NCBI GenBank assembly: GCA_016870595.1 | Contig: VGBI01000002.1 | Location: 10,623 to 74,622 of the forward strand | DNA from: Actinomycetota bacterium | Lineage (GTDB): Bacteria > Actinomycetota > Acidimicrobiia > IMCC26256 > PALSA-555 | DNA length: 64,000 nt | Direction of reading: 5' to 3' | Part shown: piece by piece, positions 1-11,082 of the stretch | How positions within the stretch are numbered: the stretch's first letter is position 1 | How the letters are laid out: every line of letters starts with the position of its first letter | Translations under genes and position numbers: made by a program | Notes under the pieces: generated by a model | Seen by the model: only the letters and a program-made list of their open reading frames with translations | Databases searched by the model: none | Told to the model about the DNA's origin: nothing

Positions 1-2152
<2,152 letters not shown>

Positions 2153-2154
2153 CG

Positions 2155-2556
2155 CTACGCCGCGCCCGGCGAGGCGACCGCGAGTCCGTTCGCGCGCGCC
2201 GCCTCGACGGTCCGACCGTCGTAGGAGTAGAAGAGGACGTCGGTCCCGAAGGCCAGCGCGCTCGCGACGTGGATCGCGTCGAGCGACCGCAGGCCGGTGG
2301 GCTCGAGCCGGGTGGCCGTGGCGAGCACCAGACGGTCGACCGTGAGGAGATCGAACGCGAGGACGGTCGCCCGGGCCGCGGCGAGACCGGTGTCGCCCAG
2401 CGCCCGCCGGCACGCCCGCCCGAGCTCCAGCGCGGTCAATTCGCTCGTCACCTGCCGGCCACCGTGGGTCCGGAGCGCCGAGCGGAGGGCGGCCCCGTGG
2501 GGCTCGTCGAGCACCAGCTTGGCCACCGCCGACGTCTCGACGTAGGCGACGGTCAC
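2155..2556 (-). CDS. vapC: PIN-domain ribonuclease toxin (VapC-like)
   Basis: 133 aa with a PIN-like layout (N-terminal VETSAV.K, central TSELT, C-terminal LRSLDAIHVASA). Its GTG start overlaps the upstream antitoxin stop as GTGA. Confidence 0.8.
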   Translation of the reverse strand: MTVAYVETSAVAKLVLDEPHGAALRSALRTHGGRQVTSELTALELGRACRRALGDTGLAAARATVLAFDLLTVDRLVLATATRLEPTGLRSLDAIHVASALAFGTDVLFYSYDGRTVEAARANGLAVASPGAA

Positions 2557-2843
2557 CGCTCGCCCGTGCGCTGCTCCATGAGCGCTCGGGTCACCCCGTC
2601 GGGTTCGCCGGACGGAGTCGGGAGCGGGGCGGGCAGTGCCTCGACCGTGAGCGCCGCGGGCCGCAGTCGTCCCTGCGCCCGCAGGCGCTCGATCGGGTCG
2701 TCGGGGTCGCGCAACGGCGTCAACACCGCGACCGGATGGCCGCGCTCGGTGACCTCGAGGGACTCTCCCGCCTTGACCCGGTCGAGGTAGACGCTCAGGT
2801 TCTGACGGAGCTCACGGACGCCGACCCGGTTCACGACGCACAA
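2553..2843 (-). CDS. Phd/YefM-type antitoxin; start uncertain (TTG 2843 or GTG 2834)
   Basis: The N-terminus VGVRELRQNLSVYLDRVKAGESLEVTERGHPVAVLTPL is typical of Phd/YefM. It overlaps vapC by 4 nt. Confidence 0.7.
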   Translation of the reverse strand: MCVVNRVGVRELRQNLSVYLDRVKAGESLEVTERGHPVAVLTPLRDPDDPIERLRAQGRLRPAALTVEALPAPLPTPSGEPDGVTRALMEQRTGER

Positions 2844-2864
2844 CGTAGCACATGAGGTCCGGGG

Positions 2865-3239
2865 TCACTCGGGGGCGAGCACCTCGGCGGCCGCCCCGAG
2901 CGCATTCACGGCGGCGGGGACACCGGCGTACACCGCGGTCTGCATGAGCACCTCGACCAGCTCCTCCTTGGTCCACCCCACGTTGCGGGCGCCGCGGAGG
3001 TGGGCCTTGAGCTCGTCGGTCTTGCCCAGGGCTGCGAGCTGGGCCACGGTCACCAGGCTGCGTTCCTTCACGCCGAGCTGCTCGCGGGCCCAGAACATGC
3101 CGAAGGCGAACTGCTGCACGAGCCCGAAGAACTCGGGCGCCAGGCGGGCGGCGGGGAACCCGCCGCCACCACCCCCGGTCATCGGGCCCCAGAGCTGCTC
3201 CTGGACCGCCTTGCCGGCGGCGGCGAGGTCGTCGCTCAC
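2865..3239 (-). CDS. Carboxymuconolactone decarboxylase (CMD/AhpD-like) family protein
   Basis: This is the C-terminal 124 codons of listed ORF 2865..4589. The segment ERSLVTVAQLAALGKTDELKAHLRGARNVGWTKEELVEVLMQTAVYAGVPAAVNAL is CMD-like. GTG 3239 overlaps the upstream stop as GTGA. Confidence 0.75.
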   Translation of the reverse strand: MSDDLAAAGKAVQEQLWGPMTGGGGGGFPAARLAPEFFGLVQQFAFGMFWAREQLGVKERSLVTVAQLAALGKTDELKAHLRGARNVGWTKEELVEVLMQTAVYAGVPAAVNALGAAAEVLAPE

Positions 3240-4393
3240 GCCGGCACCTCGATGCCGTACATGCGCGCCCAGTTGTCCCAGAGGATCTTCTGCTTCGTCT
3301 CGTCGGACAGCGGGAGTTTCAGGAACGCCTTGAGCGCGTCGGGGTACTTCGAGTCCCCGTGCGGGTAGTCGGTGGAGAAGACGAGGTTGTCGTCGCCGAA
3401 CGCGTCGACGTAGTACTGCACGCTGTCCTCGTCGGCCTCCACGCCGAGGAAGCAGTTCGACAGGAAGTACTCCGACGGCGCCCGGTCGAGCTCGGGAGCG
3501 TCCATGGCCCCGACCCACTCCCAGTGCTCGTCGAGGCGCTGCACGAACCACGGCGCCCACCCGCAGTTGCCCTCGAGCAGGGCGGCCCGCAGGTTCGGGT
3601 GCCGGTGGATCACCCCGCCGCTCGTGAAGCTGGTGAGCACGGCCATGATCCCGAGCGGCTGGTTGAACACGTGCCAGTGCATCAGCTTGTCGAACACCTC
3701 GAGCGAGTAGTCGGGTGTGAGGTAGGTCTGCCCGCCGCCGTGGAAGCTGATCGGGATGCCCTGGCGCTCGCACTCGGCCCAGATCTGGTCGTACTCGGGG
3801 TGGTGCCAGGGCCGCCGGTTCACGTGGCCCGGGTGCAGCATCACTGTCTTGAAGCCGAGCTCCTCGACGCAGCGCTTCACCTCGTCGCGGGCGAGCTTCG
3901 GGTCGTGCGGCGCGATGAGCCCGGCCCCGAACAGCCGCGTCGGGTCCTCCTGCACGAAGTCGGCCATCCAGTTGTTGTAGGCCCGGGCGATGGCGGCGGC
4001 GTAGTCGCCCTCGAGGCCGTCGGAGCCCATCTGCTCGGTGCTGTCGAGTCCGAGCACGAACAGGCCGCGGCTCGGGAAGAGCACGGCCACGTCGAGGCCC
4101 TCGTCGTCCATGGCCTGGAGCTGCGACGCCGCGCTCCACCCGGCCGCCTCGGCCCGGGCGTAGACGTTGTCCTGCTCCTTCGACCACGCCGAGACCCCGC
4201 CGGTGTTGGCCCGGACCCGGCCCATGCGCAGCATCGTGTGGTTCTTCACCCGCACCCGCATGTCGCGCACCATCTCGGTGGTGCCGATCGGCGCGGCGTG
4301 GGCCCACTCGGGCTCCATGTAGCGCTGCCAGAGGTCGGGCGGCTCCATGATGTGGAGGTCGCTGTCGGCGGCGCGCCATCCGTTGATGCCCAT
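3236..4393 (-). CDS. Amidohydrolase-2 family metal-dependent hydrolase/decarboxylase (ACMSD/LigI-like)
   Basis: 385 aa. The N-terminal DSDLHIMEP and the C-terminal LVFSTDYPHGDS...KILWDNWARMYG are hallmarks of the amidohydrolase-2 TIM-barrel family. Confidence 0.8.
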   Translation of the reverse strand: MGINGWRAADSDLHIMEPPDLWQRYMEPEWAHAAPIGTTEMVRDMRVRVKNHTMLRMGRVRANTGGVSAWSKEQDNVYARAEAAGWSAASQLQAMDDEGLDVAVLFPSRGLFVLGLDSTEQMGSDGLEGDYAAAIARAYNNWMADFVQEDPTRLFGAGLIAPHDPKLARDEVKRCVEELGFKTVMLHPGHVNRRPWHHPEYDQIWAECERQGIPISFHGGGQTYLTPDYSLEVFDKLMHWHVFNQPLGIMAVLTSFTSGGVIHRHPNLRAALLEGNCGWAPWFVQRLDEHWEWVGAMDAPELDRAPSEYFLSNCFLGVEADEDSVQYYVDAFGDDNLVFSTDYPHGDSKYPDALKAFLKLPLSDETKQKILWDNWARMYGIEVPA

Positions 4394-4455
4394 CGGGTCC
4401 TCCTCGTTCGGGCCCCGGCCGGCCGGTCCCGGCTCGGCGGGGTGGCTCCACGACT

Positions 4456-4471
4456 ATGACGTGTGCGTCAT
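4456..4471. promoter_or_regulatory. Perfect inverted repeat ATGACG-TGTG-CGTCAT in a divergent intergenic region
   Basis: Read directly from the sequence. It lies in a locally AT-richer patch of the 261-bp spacer between the amidohydrolase operon and purA. Confidence 0.35.
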
Positions 4472-4654
4472 GATTGCACACCCGGAGGGGCCCCCGAACC
4501 ACGGCCCGGGGGCCACCCGCCCGGGCCGCCCCCGGGACCGCCCGGACAGCGCCGACTAGCCTTCCGCCGACGTGACCGCCGTCGCGCACCCCACCCCGTC
4601 CGAACCCCGGCCCGGCCCCCCGGCGCAGGCCCGTCGAGCCCCCGGGAGGTCCCG

Positions 4655-5941
4655 ATGCCGGGCACGGTGATCGTCGGTACCCAGTGGGGCGACGAGGGCA
4701 AGGGGCGCTTCACCGACTACCTCGCCGAGGAGTCGTCCCTGGTCGTGCGCTACCAGGGGGGCCACAACGCCGGGCACACCATCGTGGTCGACGGCGAGGT
4801 GTTCAAGATCCAGCTGGTGCCGAGCGGGGTGCTCTACCCGCACGTCACGCCGGTGATCGCCAACGGGGTCGTGGTCGACCCGGCGGTCCTGCTGGCCGAG
4901 ATCGACATGCTCGAGGCCAAGGGCGTGAGCACCGCCCGCCTGCGCCTCTCCGGCAACGCCCACCTGATCATGCCCTACCACCAGGAGATCGACCGGGTGA
5001 CGGAGCGGTACCTGGGCAAGAACAAGCTGGGCACCACCAAGCGGGGGATCGGGCCCGCCTACGCCGACAAGGCGCTGCGGGTCGGTCTGCGGGTCCAGGA
5101 CCTGCTCGACCCCAAGATCTTCCGAGAGAAGCTCGATCTCGCGCTGCGCGAGAAGAACGCCGTGCTCGCCAAGGTCTACAACCGGCTGCCGCTCGACAAC
5201 GACGCCATCGCCGCCCAGTACCTCGCGATGGTGCCGCGCCTCGAGCCGCTCATCGATGACTCGGTGCACCTCGTCCACGGTGCGCTCGAGCGCGGGGAGC
5301 GGGTGCTGTTCGAGGGCGCGCAGGCGACCTTCCTCGACCTCGACCACGGCACCTACCCGTACGTCACGTCGTCGAACCCGGTCGCGGGGGGCGTGTGCAC
5401 CGGTGCGGGGGTCGGGCCGCGCGCCATCGACCGGGTGGTCGGGGTGGTCAAGGCCTACACGACCCGGGTGGGGTCCGGTCCGTTCCCGACCGAGCTCCAC
5501 GCCGGCGATCCCGTGGGCGACGTGCTCGTCGACCGGGGGCACGAGTACGGCACCAACACCGGGCGGCGCCGTCGCCCCGGCTGGCTCGACCTCGTGATGA
5601 TCCGTCACGCGGTGCGCCTCAACAGCTGCACCGACATCGCGATCACCAAGCTCGACGTGCTCGCCCCCTTCCCCGAGCTGCGCATCTGCGTGGCCTACGA
5701 GGACGAGCACGGCGCCCGCTACGACCACGTGCCGTACCACCAGTCGGTGATCCATAAGGTCCGCCCGGTGTACGAGACGCTGCCGGGCTGGGAGTGCGAG
5801 ATCGACACCGCGACCACGCTCGCCGACCTCCCGGACGCCGCGCGTGCCTACGTCGCGCGCATCGAGGAGCTCGCCGGGGTGCCGGTGTCGTTCGTCGGCG
5901 TCGGGCCCGCCCGCGACCAGACGCTCGTGCTCGGCGGATGA
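4655..5941 (+). CDS. purA: Adenylosuccinate synthetase
   Basis: The protein begins [29 protein letters not shown] lies 6 nt upstream of ATG 4655, and the listed ORF simply extends further upstream. Confidence 0.95.
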   Translation: MPGTVIVGTQWGDEGKGRFTDYLAEESSLVVRYQGGHNAGHTIVVDGEVFKIQLVPSGVLYPHVTPVIANGVVVDPAVLLAEIDMLEAKGVSTARLRLSGNAHLIMPYHQEIDRVTERYLGKNKLGTTKRGIGPAYADKALRVGLRVQDLLDPKIFREKLDLALREKNAVLAKVYNRLPLDNDAIAAQYLAMVPRLEPLIDDSVHLVHGALERGERVLFEGAQATFLDLDHGTYPYVTSSNPVAGGVCTGAGVGPRAIDRVVGVVKAYTTRVGSGPFPTELHAGDPVGDVLVDRGHEYGTNTGRRRRPGWLDLVMIRHAVRLNSCTDIAITKLDVLAPFPELRICVAYEDEHGARYDHVPYHQSVIHKVRPVYETLPGWECEIDTATTLADLPDAARAYVARIEELAGVPVSFVGVGPARDQTLVLGG

Positions 5942-7209
5942 GGGCGCTCGTCCTCGGATCCGGCGGACGCGAGCACGCCCTCGCCCGCGGCCTGGCCCTG
6001 GCGCCGTCGGTCGACGAGGTGCTGTGCGCGCCGGGCAACCCCGGAATGGCCGCGCTGGCCGAGTGCGTCCCCGTTGCCGCCGACGACCCGGTGGCGGTGG
6101 CCGACCTCGCCGACGCGCGCGCCGTCGACCTCGTGGTGGTCGGGCCCGAGCAGCCCCTCGTGAACGGGGTCGTCGACGCCGTCGCGGCCCGGGGCCGGCT
6201 GGCCTTCGGCCCGGTCGCGGCCGGGGCCCGGCTGGAGGGCTCGAAGGCGTGGATGAAGGAGGTGCTGGTCGCGGCCGGGGTGCCCACCGCGGCCCACGGC
6301 ACGTTCGGTCCCGACGACGAGGCGGCCGCCCTGGCCTTCCTCGATGCGCTCCCCGGTCTCTACGTGGTCAAGACCGACGGCCTCGCCGCGGGCAAGGGCG
6401 TGGTGGTCACCGAGTCGATCGCCGACGCACGCGCCGCGGTGCGCGGCTACCTCTCGGGGGCGGCGTTCGGCGACGCCGGCCGCACGCTGGTGATCGAGGA
6501 GGGCCTCACCGGGCCCGAGGTGTCGCTGCTCGTCGTCTGCAACGGCGATCCGGCGGGGGCCTGCGCGCTCGCCCCCGCCCAGGACTTCAAGCGGGTGGGC
6601 GACGGCGACACCGGGCCGAACACCGGGGGGATGGGCGCGTACTCGCCCGTGCCGGTGGCCGGTCCCGACCTCGTCGACGCGGTGATGGCCGACTGCGTGG
6701 TGCCCACCCTCCACGAGCTCGCGCGGCGCGGCATCGCGTACCGGGGCGTGCTCTACGCCGGGCTCATGCTCACCCCGACGGGCCCGAAGATGCTCGAGTA
6801 CAACGTGCGTTTCGGCGACCCCGAGTGCGAGGTGGTGGTCCCCCGGCTCCGCACCGACCTCGGTGCGCTGTGCCGGGCCGCGGCCGCGGGTGAGGCGCTG
6901 CCCCCGGTGGAGTTCACCGACGACGCCTGCGTCACCGTGGTGCTCGCGAGCGAGGGATACCCGGCGTCGCCGCGGACCGGCGACCCGATCACCGGCCTGG
7001 CCGAGGCCGCGGCGGTCGAGGGCGCAATCGTCTTCCACGCGGGAACCCGTCGGGTCGGCGACGACGTCGTGACCGCCGGTGGGCGCGTGCTCGCGGTCAG
7101 CGCGCTCGGGCCCACGGTGGCCGACGCCCGGGCCCGGGCCTACGCCGCGTCCGACCGGATCACCTGGCCCGGTCGGCTCCGCCGCACCGACATCGCCGCC
7201 GGGGTGTGA
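5938..7209 (+). CDS. purD: Phosphoribosylamine-glycine ligase
   Basis: The protein begins [16 protein letters not shown] and continues ...[15 protein letters not shown]...GGMGAYSP. There is an ATGA overlap with the purA stop. Confidence 0.95.
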   Translation: MRALVLGSGGREHALARGLALAPSVDEVLCAPGNPGMAALAECVPVAADDPVAVADLADARAVDLVVVGPEQPLVNGVVDAVAARGRLAFGPVAAGARLEGSKAWMKEVLVAAGVPTAAHGTFGPDDEAAALAFLDALPGLYVVKTDGLAAGKGVVVTESIADARAAVRGYLSGAAFGDAGRTLVIEEGLTGPEVSLLVVCNGDPAGACALAPAQDFKRVGDGDTGPNTGGMGAYSPVPVAGPDLVDAVMADCVVPTLHELARRGIAYRGVLYAGLMLTPTGPKMLEYNVRFGDPECEVVVPRLRTDLGALCRAAAAGEALPPVEFTDDACVTVVLASEGYPASPRTGDPITGLAEAAAVEGAIVFHAGTRRVGDDVVTAGGRVLAVSALGPTVADARARAYAASDRITWPGRLRRTDIAAGV

Positions 7210-7258
7210 GCCCCGTGGCGTGCAGCGCGGTTTAGTGTGAGGCCGGAGGCCTGCTGAC

Positions 7259-8602
7259 GTGATCCCCCGCTATTCGCTGCCCGCCGTGGCCGACCTCTTC
7301 TCCGACGAGGCCCGCTTCGGGGTCTGGCTGGAGGTCGAGATCCTCGCCGTGGAGGCGTGGGCGGCGCTCGGCGTCGTGCCCGCCGACGCGGCCCGCGCCA
7401 TCCGCGAGCGGGCGGCGTTCACCGTCGCCGAGATCGACGCCCGCGAGCAGGTCACCGACCACGACGTGGCTGCGTTCGTCGACGTCGTCCAGGGGCACGT
7501 CGGCCCGCCCCACGGCACCTGGGTGCACTACGGCCTCACGTCGAGCGACGTCGTCGACACTGCGCTCGCGGTCACGGTCACCCGGGCGCTCGACCTCGTG
7601 CTCGGCGCGGTCGACGCGCTCGAGGCCGCCGTCGCGGCGCGGGCCCGTGAGTTCCGCGACACCCCGATGGTCGGACGCACCCACGGCATCCACGCCGAGC
7701 CAACCACCTTCGGGGCCAAGCTCGCGCTGTGGGCGTTGCAGCTGCGGCGGGAGCGCCGCCGGCTCGCGGCCGCCCGCTCGGTGATGGCGGTGGGCAAGCT
7801 CTCCGGTGCCGTCGGCACCTACAGCAACGTCGACCCGGCGGTGGAGGCGTTCGTGTGCGAGCGCCTCGGCCTCCGCCCGGTGCCGTCCACCCAGGTGCTC
7901 GCCCGCGACCGGCACGCCGAGGTGCTGTACGCCTGCGCCTCGCTCGGCGCCGCGATCGAGGGGTTCGCGACCGAGATCCGCCACCTCCAGCGCACCGAGG
8001 TGCGCGAGGCCGAGGAGCCGTTCCGCACCGGCGCGCAGAAGGGCTCGAGCGCGATGCCCCACAAGCGCAACCCGGTGAAGTCGGAGCAGCTCTCGGGCCT
8101 GGCCCGGATCCTGCGGGGCAACCTCGGTGCCGGGCTCGAGAACGTCGCGCTGTGGCACGAGCGCGACATCTCCCACTCGTCGGTGGAGCGGGTGATCCTG
8201 CCCGACTCGCTGATGCTCGCCTACTACATGGCCGTCCGCTTCCGGTCCGTTGTCGAGGGCATGGTCGTGTACCCCGAGCGCATGCAGCGCAACCTCGACG
8301 CCTCGCACGGGCTCGTGTTCAGCCAGCCCGTGCTGCTCGCGCTGGTCGAGCGTGGTGTGGCCCGCGACGACGCCTACCGGCTCGTGCAGCGCAACGCGAT
8401 GCGGACCTGGGAGGCCGAGCGGCCGTTCCGGGAGGTGCTGGCCGAGGACCCCGAGGTCACCGCCGTGCTCGACCCGGCCGCGCTCGACGCCTGCTTCGAC
8501 CTGGCCCGGGCCACGGCACGCGCCGGCCGCGCGGTCGACGCCCTCGCCGATCCCGCCGACACCGACGGCCCGGCCGGGCCCGCCGCGGACGGTCGGGCGT
8601 GA
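7259..8602 (+). CDS. purB: Adenylosuccinate lyase
   Basis: MIPRYSLP...HYGLTSSDVVDTA...GSSAMPHKRNP signature; GTG start. Confidence 0.95.
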   Translation: MIPRYSLPAVADLFSDEARFGVWLEVEILAVEAWAALGVVPADAARAIRERAAFTVAEIDAREQVTDHDVAAFVDVVQGHVGPPHGTWVHYGLTSSDVVDTALAVTVTRALDLVLGAVDALEAAVAARAREFRDTPMVGRTHGIHAEPTTFGAKLALWALQLRRERRRLAAARSVMAVGKLSGAVGTYSNVDPAVEAFVCERLGLRPVPSTQVLARDRHAEVLYACASLGAAIEGFATEIRHLQRTEVREAEEPFRTGAQKGSSAMPHKRNPVKSEQLSGLARILRGNLGAGLENVALWHERDISHSSVERVILPDSLMLAYYMAVRFRSVVEGMVVYPERMQRNLDASHGLVFSQPVLLALVERGVARDDAYRLVQRNAMRTWEAERPFREVLAEDPEVTAVLDPAALDACFDLARATARAGRAVDALADPADTDGPAGPAADGRA

Positions 8603-9480
8603 GCCGGCCCGGGCTGCGGCACCTCTACACCGGCAAGGTGCGCGACCTCTACGAGGTCGCGCACGACCGCCTGCTCGTCGTCGCGTCCGACCGCGTGTCG
8701 GTGTTCGACGTCGTGCTGCCCGACCCGATCCCCGACAAGGGCCGGGTCCTCACGGGGCTGTCCACCTTCTGGTTCGAGCAGACCGCCCACATCTGGCCCA
8801 ACCACCTCGTGTCGTCCGATCCCACCGACCTCCCCGAGACCGCCGGCCCCGAGGTCGCCGGTCGGGCCATGCTGGTGCGGGCCACCCGACCGGTCCGGCT
8901 CGAGTGCATCGCGCGCGGCTACCTGTTCGGCTCGGCCTGGTCGGAGTACTCGGAGCGGGGGACCGTGTGCGGCCGGGCCCTGCCGCCCGGCCTGCGCCAG
9001 GCCGAGGCGCTCCCCGAGCCGATCTTCACCTCCACCACCAAGGCCGAGGCGGGCCACGACGAGGCGGTCACCGACGCCGAGGCCGCCGCCCTGGTGGGCG
9101 ACGACGTGTTCGAGCAGGTGCGGGAGGCGACGCTCGCCATCTACGGGTTCGCCCGGGCCCACGCCGCCGCTCAGGGCGTGCTCCTCGCCGACACCAAGCT
9201 CGAGTTCGGCGTCGTCGACGACGAGCTCCTCGTGATCGACGAGCTGTGCACCCCCGACTCGTCGCGGTACTGGCCGGCCGAGCGCTACGAGGTCGGCACC
9301 TCCCCGCCGTCGTTCGACAAGCAGTTCGTCCGTGACCACTACCTCGCCATCGGCTGGGACCAGCGCCCCCCGGCCCCGCCCGTCCCGGCCGAGGTCGTCG
9401 AGGGCACCCGGGCCCGCTACCTCGAGGCCTACGAGCTGCTCACCGGTGCGTCGTTCGACGAGTGGTTCGCTCCGGAGTAG
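8599..9480 (+). CDS. purC: SAICAR synthetase
   Basis: The protein begins LYTGKVRDLYEV..LLVVASDRVSVFDVVLPDPIPDKGRVLT. GTG 8599 overlaps the purB stop (GTGA) and is in frame with listed ORF 7729..9480. Confidence 0.93.
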   Translation: MSRPGLRHLYTGKVRDLYEVAHDRLLVVASDRVSVFDVVLPDPIPDKGRVLTGLSTFWFEQTAHIWPNHLVSSDPTDLPETAGPEVAGRAMLVRATRPVRLECIARGYLFGSAWSEYSERGTVCGRALPPGLRQAEALPEPIFTSTTKAEAGHDEAVTDAEAAALVGDDVFEQVREATLAIYGFARAHAAAQGVLLADTKLEFGVVDDELLVIDELCTPDSSRYWPAERYEVGTSPPSFDKQFVRDHYLAIGWDQRPPAPPVPAEVVEGTRARYLEAYELLTGASFDEWFAPE

Positions 9481-9508
9481 CGCGCACCCACCCCGGTAGG
9501 CTCCGACC

Positions 9509-9775
9509 GTGAAGTTCCACGCCCAGGTCGAGGTCACCCATCTCCCCGGCGTGCTCGACCCCCAGGGGGCGACGGTCGAGCGGGCGCTGCCCGCACTGGG
9601 CTACACCAACGTCCACGACGTGCGCATCGGCAAGTCGATCCGCCTCACGGTGGAGGCCCCCGACGCCGTGGCCGCGGCCGCCCAGGTCGACGAGATGTGC
9701 CGACGACTGCTCGCCAACCCGGTGATCGAGGCGTTCACCGTGGAGGTGGTGGCCGCGGAGCCGGCCGCCCCGTGA
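9509..9775 (+). CDS. purS: FGAM synthase subunit PurS
   Basis: 88 aa, beginning MKFHAQVEVTHLPGVLDPQGATVERAL. Confidence 0.9.
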   Translation: MKFHAQVEVTHLPGVLDPQGATVERALPALGYTNVHDVRIGKSIRLTVEAPDAVAAAAQVDEMCRRLLANPVIEAFTVEVVAAEPAAP

Positions 9776-10464
9776 GCGCCCGCGTCGGCGTCGTCGTCTT
9801 CCCCGGGACCAACTGCGAGCACGACGTCGTGCGCGGGGTCGAGGTGCTCGGCGGCCGCGCCGACCTCGTGTGGCACGGCGACCGTGCGCTCGACGGGTTC
9901 GACGCCGTGGTCGTACCCGGGGGCTTCGCCCACGGCGACTACCTGCGCACCGGCGCCATCGCCCGCTTCTCGCCGGTCATGGAGGCGGTGCAGCGCTTCG
10001 CCGCCGCCGGCGGTCCGGTGGTGGGCATCTGCAACGGCTTCCAGATCCTCACCGAGGCGGGCCTCCTCCCGGGTGCGCTGCAGAAGAACGCAGGGCTGAA
10101 GTTCCGCTGCGAGACGGTGGCGTGCCGCGTGGTGACCGACCGGTCGGCCCTCACCCGCGGGGTGAGCACCGGGACGGTCCTCGACCTCCCGATCAACCAC
10201 TTCGAGGGGAACTACACCTGCGACCCCGAGACGCTGGCCCGTCTGCGCGACCTCGACCAGATCGTCCTGCGCTACGTGGAGAACCCCAACGGCTCGCTCG
10301 ACGACATCGCCAGCGTGAGCAACGAGGCCGGCAACGTGGTCGGGCTCATGCCCCACCCCGAGCGGGCCGCCGAGGCGATCCTGGGCCCGGCCGACGGTGC
10401 GGTGCTGCTGCGGGCGCTGCTCGCGACCGCAGGCGCGTCGGCCCGATCCGGTGACAACGGCTAG
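9772..10464 (+). CDS. purQ: FGAM synthase glutaminase subunit PurQ
   Basis: ARVGVVVFPGTNCEHD...GGFAHGDYLR...GICNGFQIL...HPE catalytic triad context. GTGA overlap with purS. Confidence 0.93.
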   Translation: MSARVGVVVFPGTNCEHDVVRGVEVLGGRADLVWHGDRALDGFDAVVVPGGFAHGDYLRTGAIARFSPVMEAVQRFAAAGGPVVGICNGFQILTEAGLLPGALQKNAGLKFRCETVACRVVTDRSALTRGVSTGTVLDLPINHFEGNYTCDPETLARLRDLDQIVLRYVENPNGSLDDIASVSNEAGNVVGLMPHPERAAEAILGPADGAVLLRALLATAGASARSGDNG

Positions 10465-10874
10465 GCCGCGCCCCGGCCGATGCCGGCCCGCTTGAGGACG
10501 TCGGCGGCCACCCCGAGCTCGCGCCAGGTGGCGTACTCGATGCCCTTACGGGCGCTGTAAGCCTTGGCCACCGCCACGAAGTCGGCCTCGAGCGCCGACA
10601 GATCGACGACCTCGCCCATCCCGGCCCGCTCGGCCTCGAGGTCACGCCGCTCCTGCACGAGCTGCAGGCGCTGGAGCGACGGCGCGTCGGCGAGCTGGGC
10701 GTCGATCGCGGTGAGGCGCTTGGCGATGGACTCGGGCGTCCGCTTCCGGCCCCGCCGGGGCTTCTGGTGGTCGAGGGCGTCGAGGTAGGCCTTCACGGCC
10801 CGACCCTCGGCGCGGCCATCGGCGAGGGCCTGCTTGTGCTCGGCGGTCATCTTCTTCGGGCCTTTCTGGGCCAT
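10461..10874 (-). CDS. Conserved-looking hypothetical protein, basic N-terminus plus coiled coil
   Basis: 137 aa with AAGGA upstream of ATG 10874 and realistic composition. No family was recognised. Its stop shares a CTAG with the purQ stop. Confidence 0.6.
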   Translation of the reverse strand: MAQKGPKKMTAEHKQALADGRAEGRAVKAYLDALDHQKPRRGRKRTPESIAKRLTAIDAQLADAPSLQRLQLVQERRDLEAERAGMGEVVDLSALEADFVAVAKAYSARKGIEYATWRELGVAADVLKRAGIGRGAA

Positions 10875-11082
10875 GGGAGACCGTCCTTTCCGGGGCGGGA
10901 TCTTTGCGGAAGTCGAGGGATCCGCATTTCGGGAAGTGCGCCGATGATTCTGCCCGCGCGATCATGAAATTGCCAGGGTTGGATGGCGGAGAAATCCGAA
11001 CAATCCGAACGGACCTTTTCGGGAAATGGACCAGGGTGGGGGAGATCCATAGCCGAAAATCGACGCCCGGTAGTCTCGCCCC
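10875..11082. promoter_or_regulatory. AT-richer divergent promoter/leader region upstream of purL, with repeated motifs
   Basis: TTTCGGGAA occurs twice (10927-10935, 11017-11025), and AATCCGAAC occurs in tandem (10993-11010). Confidence 0.4.

Noticed and set aside
10875-11082. ZTP (pfl) or other purine-related riboswitch upstream of purL
   Set aside because: I looked on both strands for the conserved GGGUCGUGACUGGCG and CCGCCUGGGC-type segments and found neither. No guanine/adenine riboswitch-like three-way junction motifs were seen either. A cmsearch with RF01750/RF00167 would be the definitive test.
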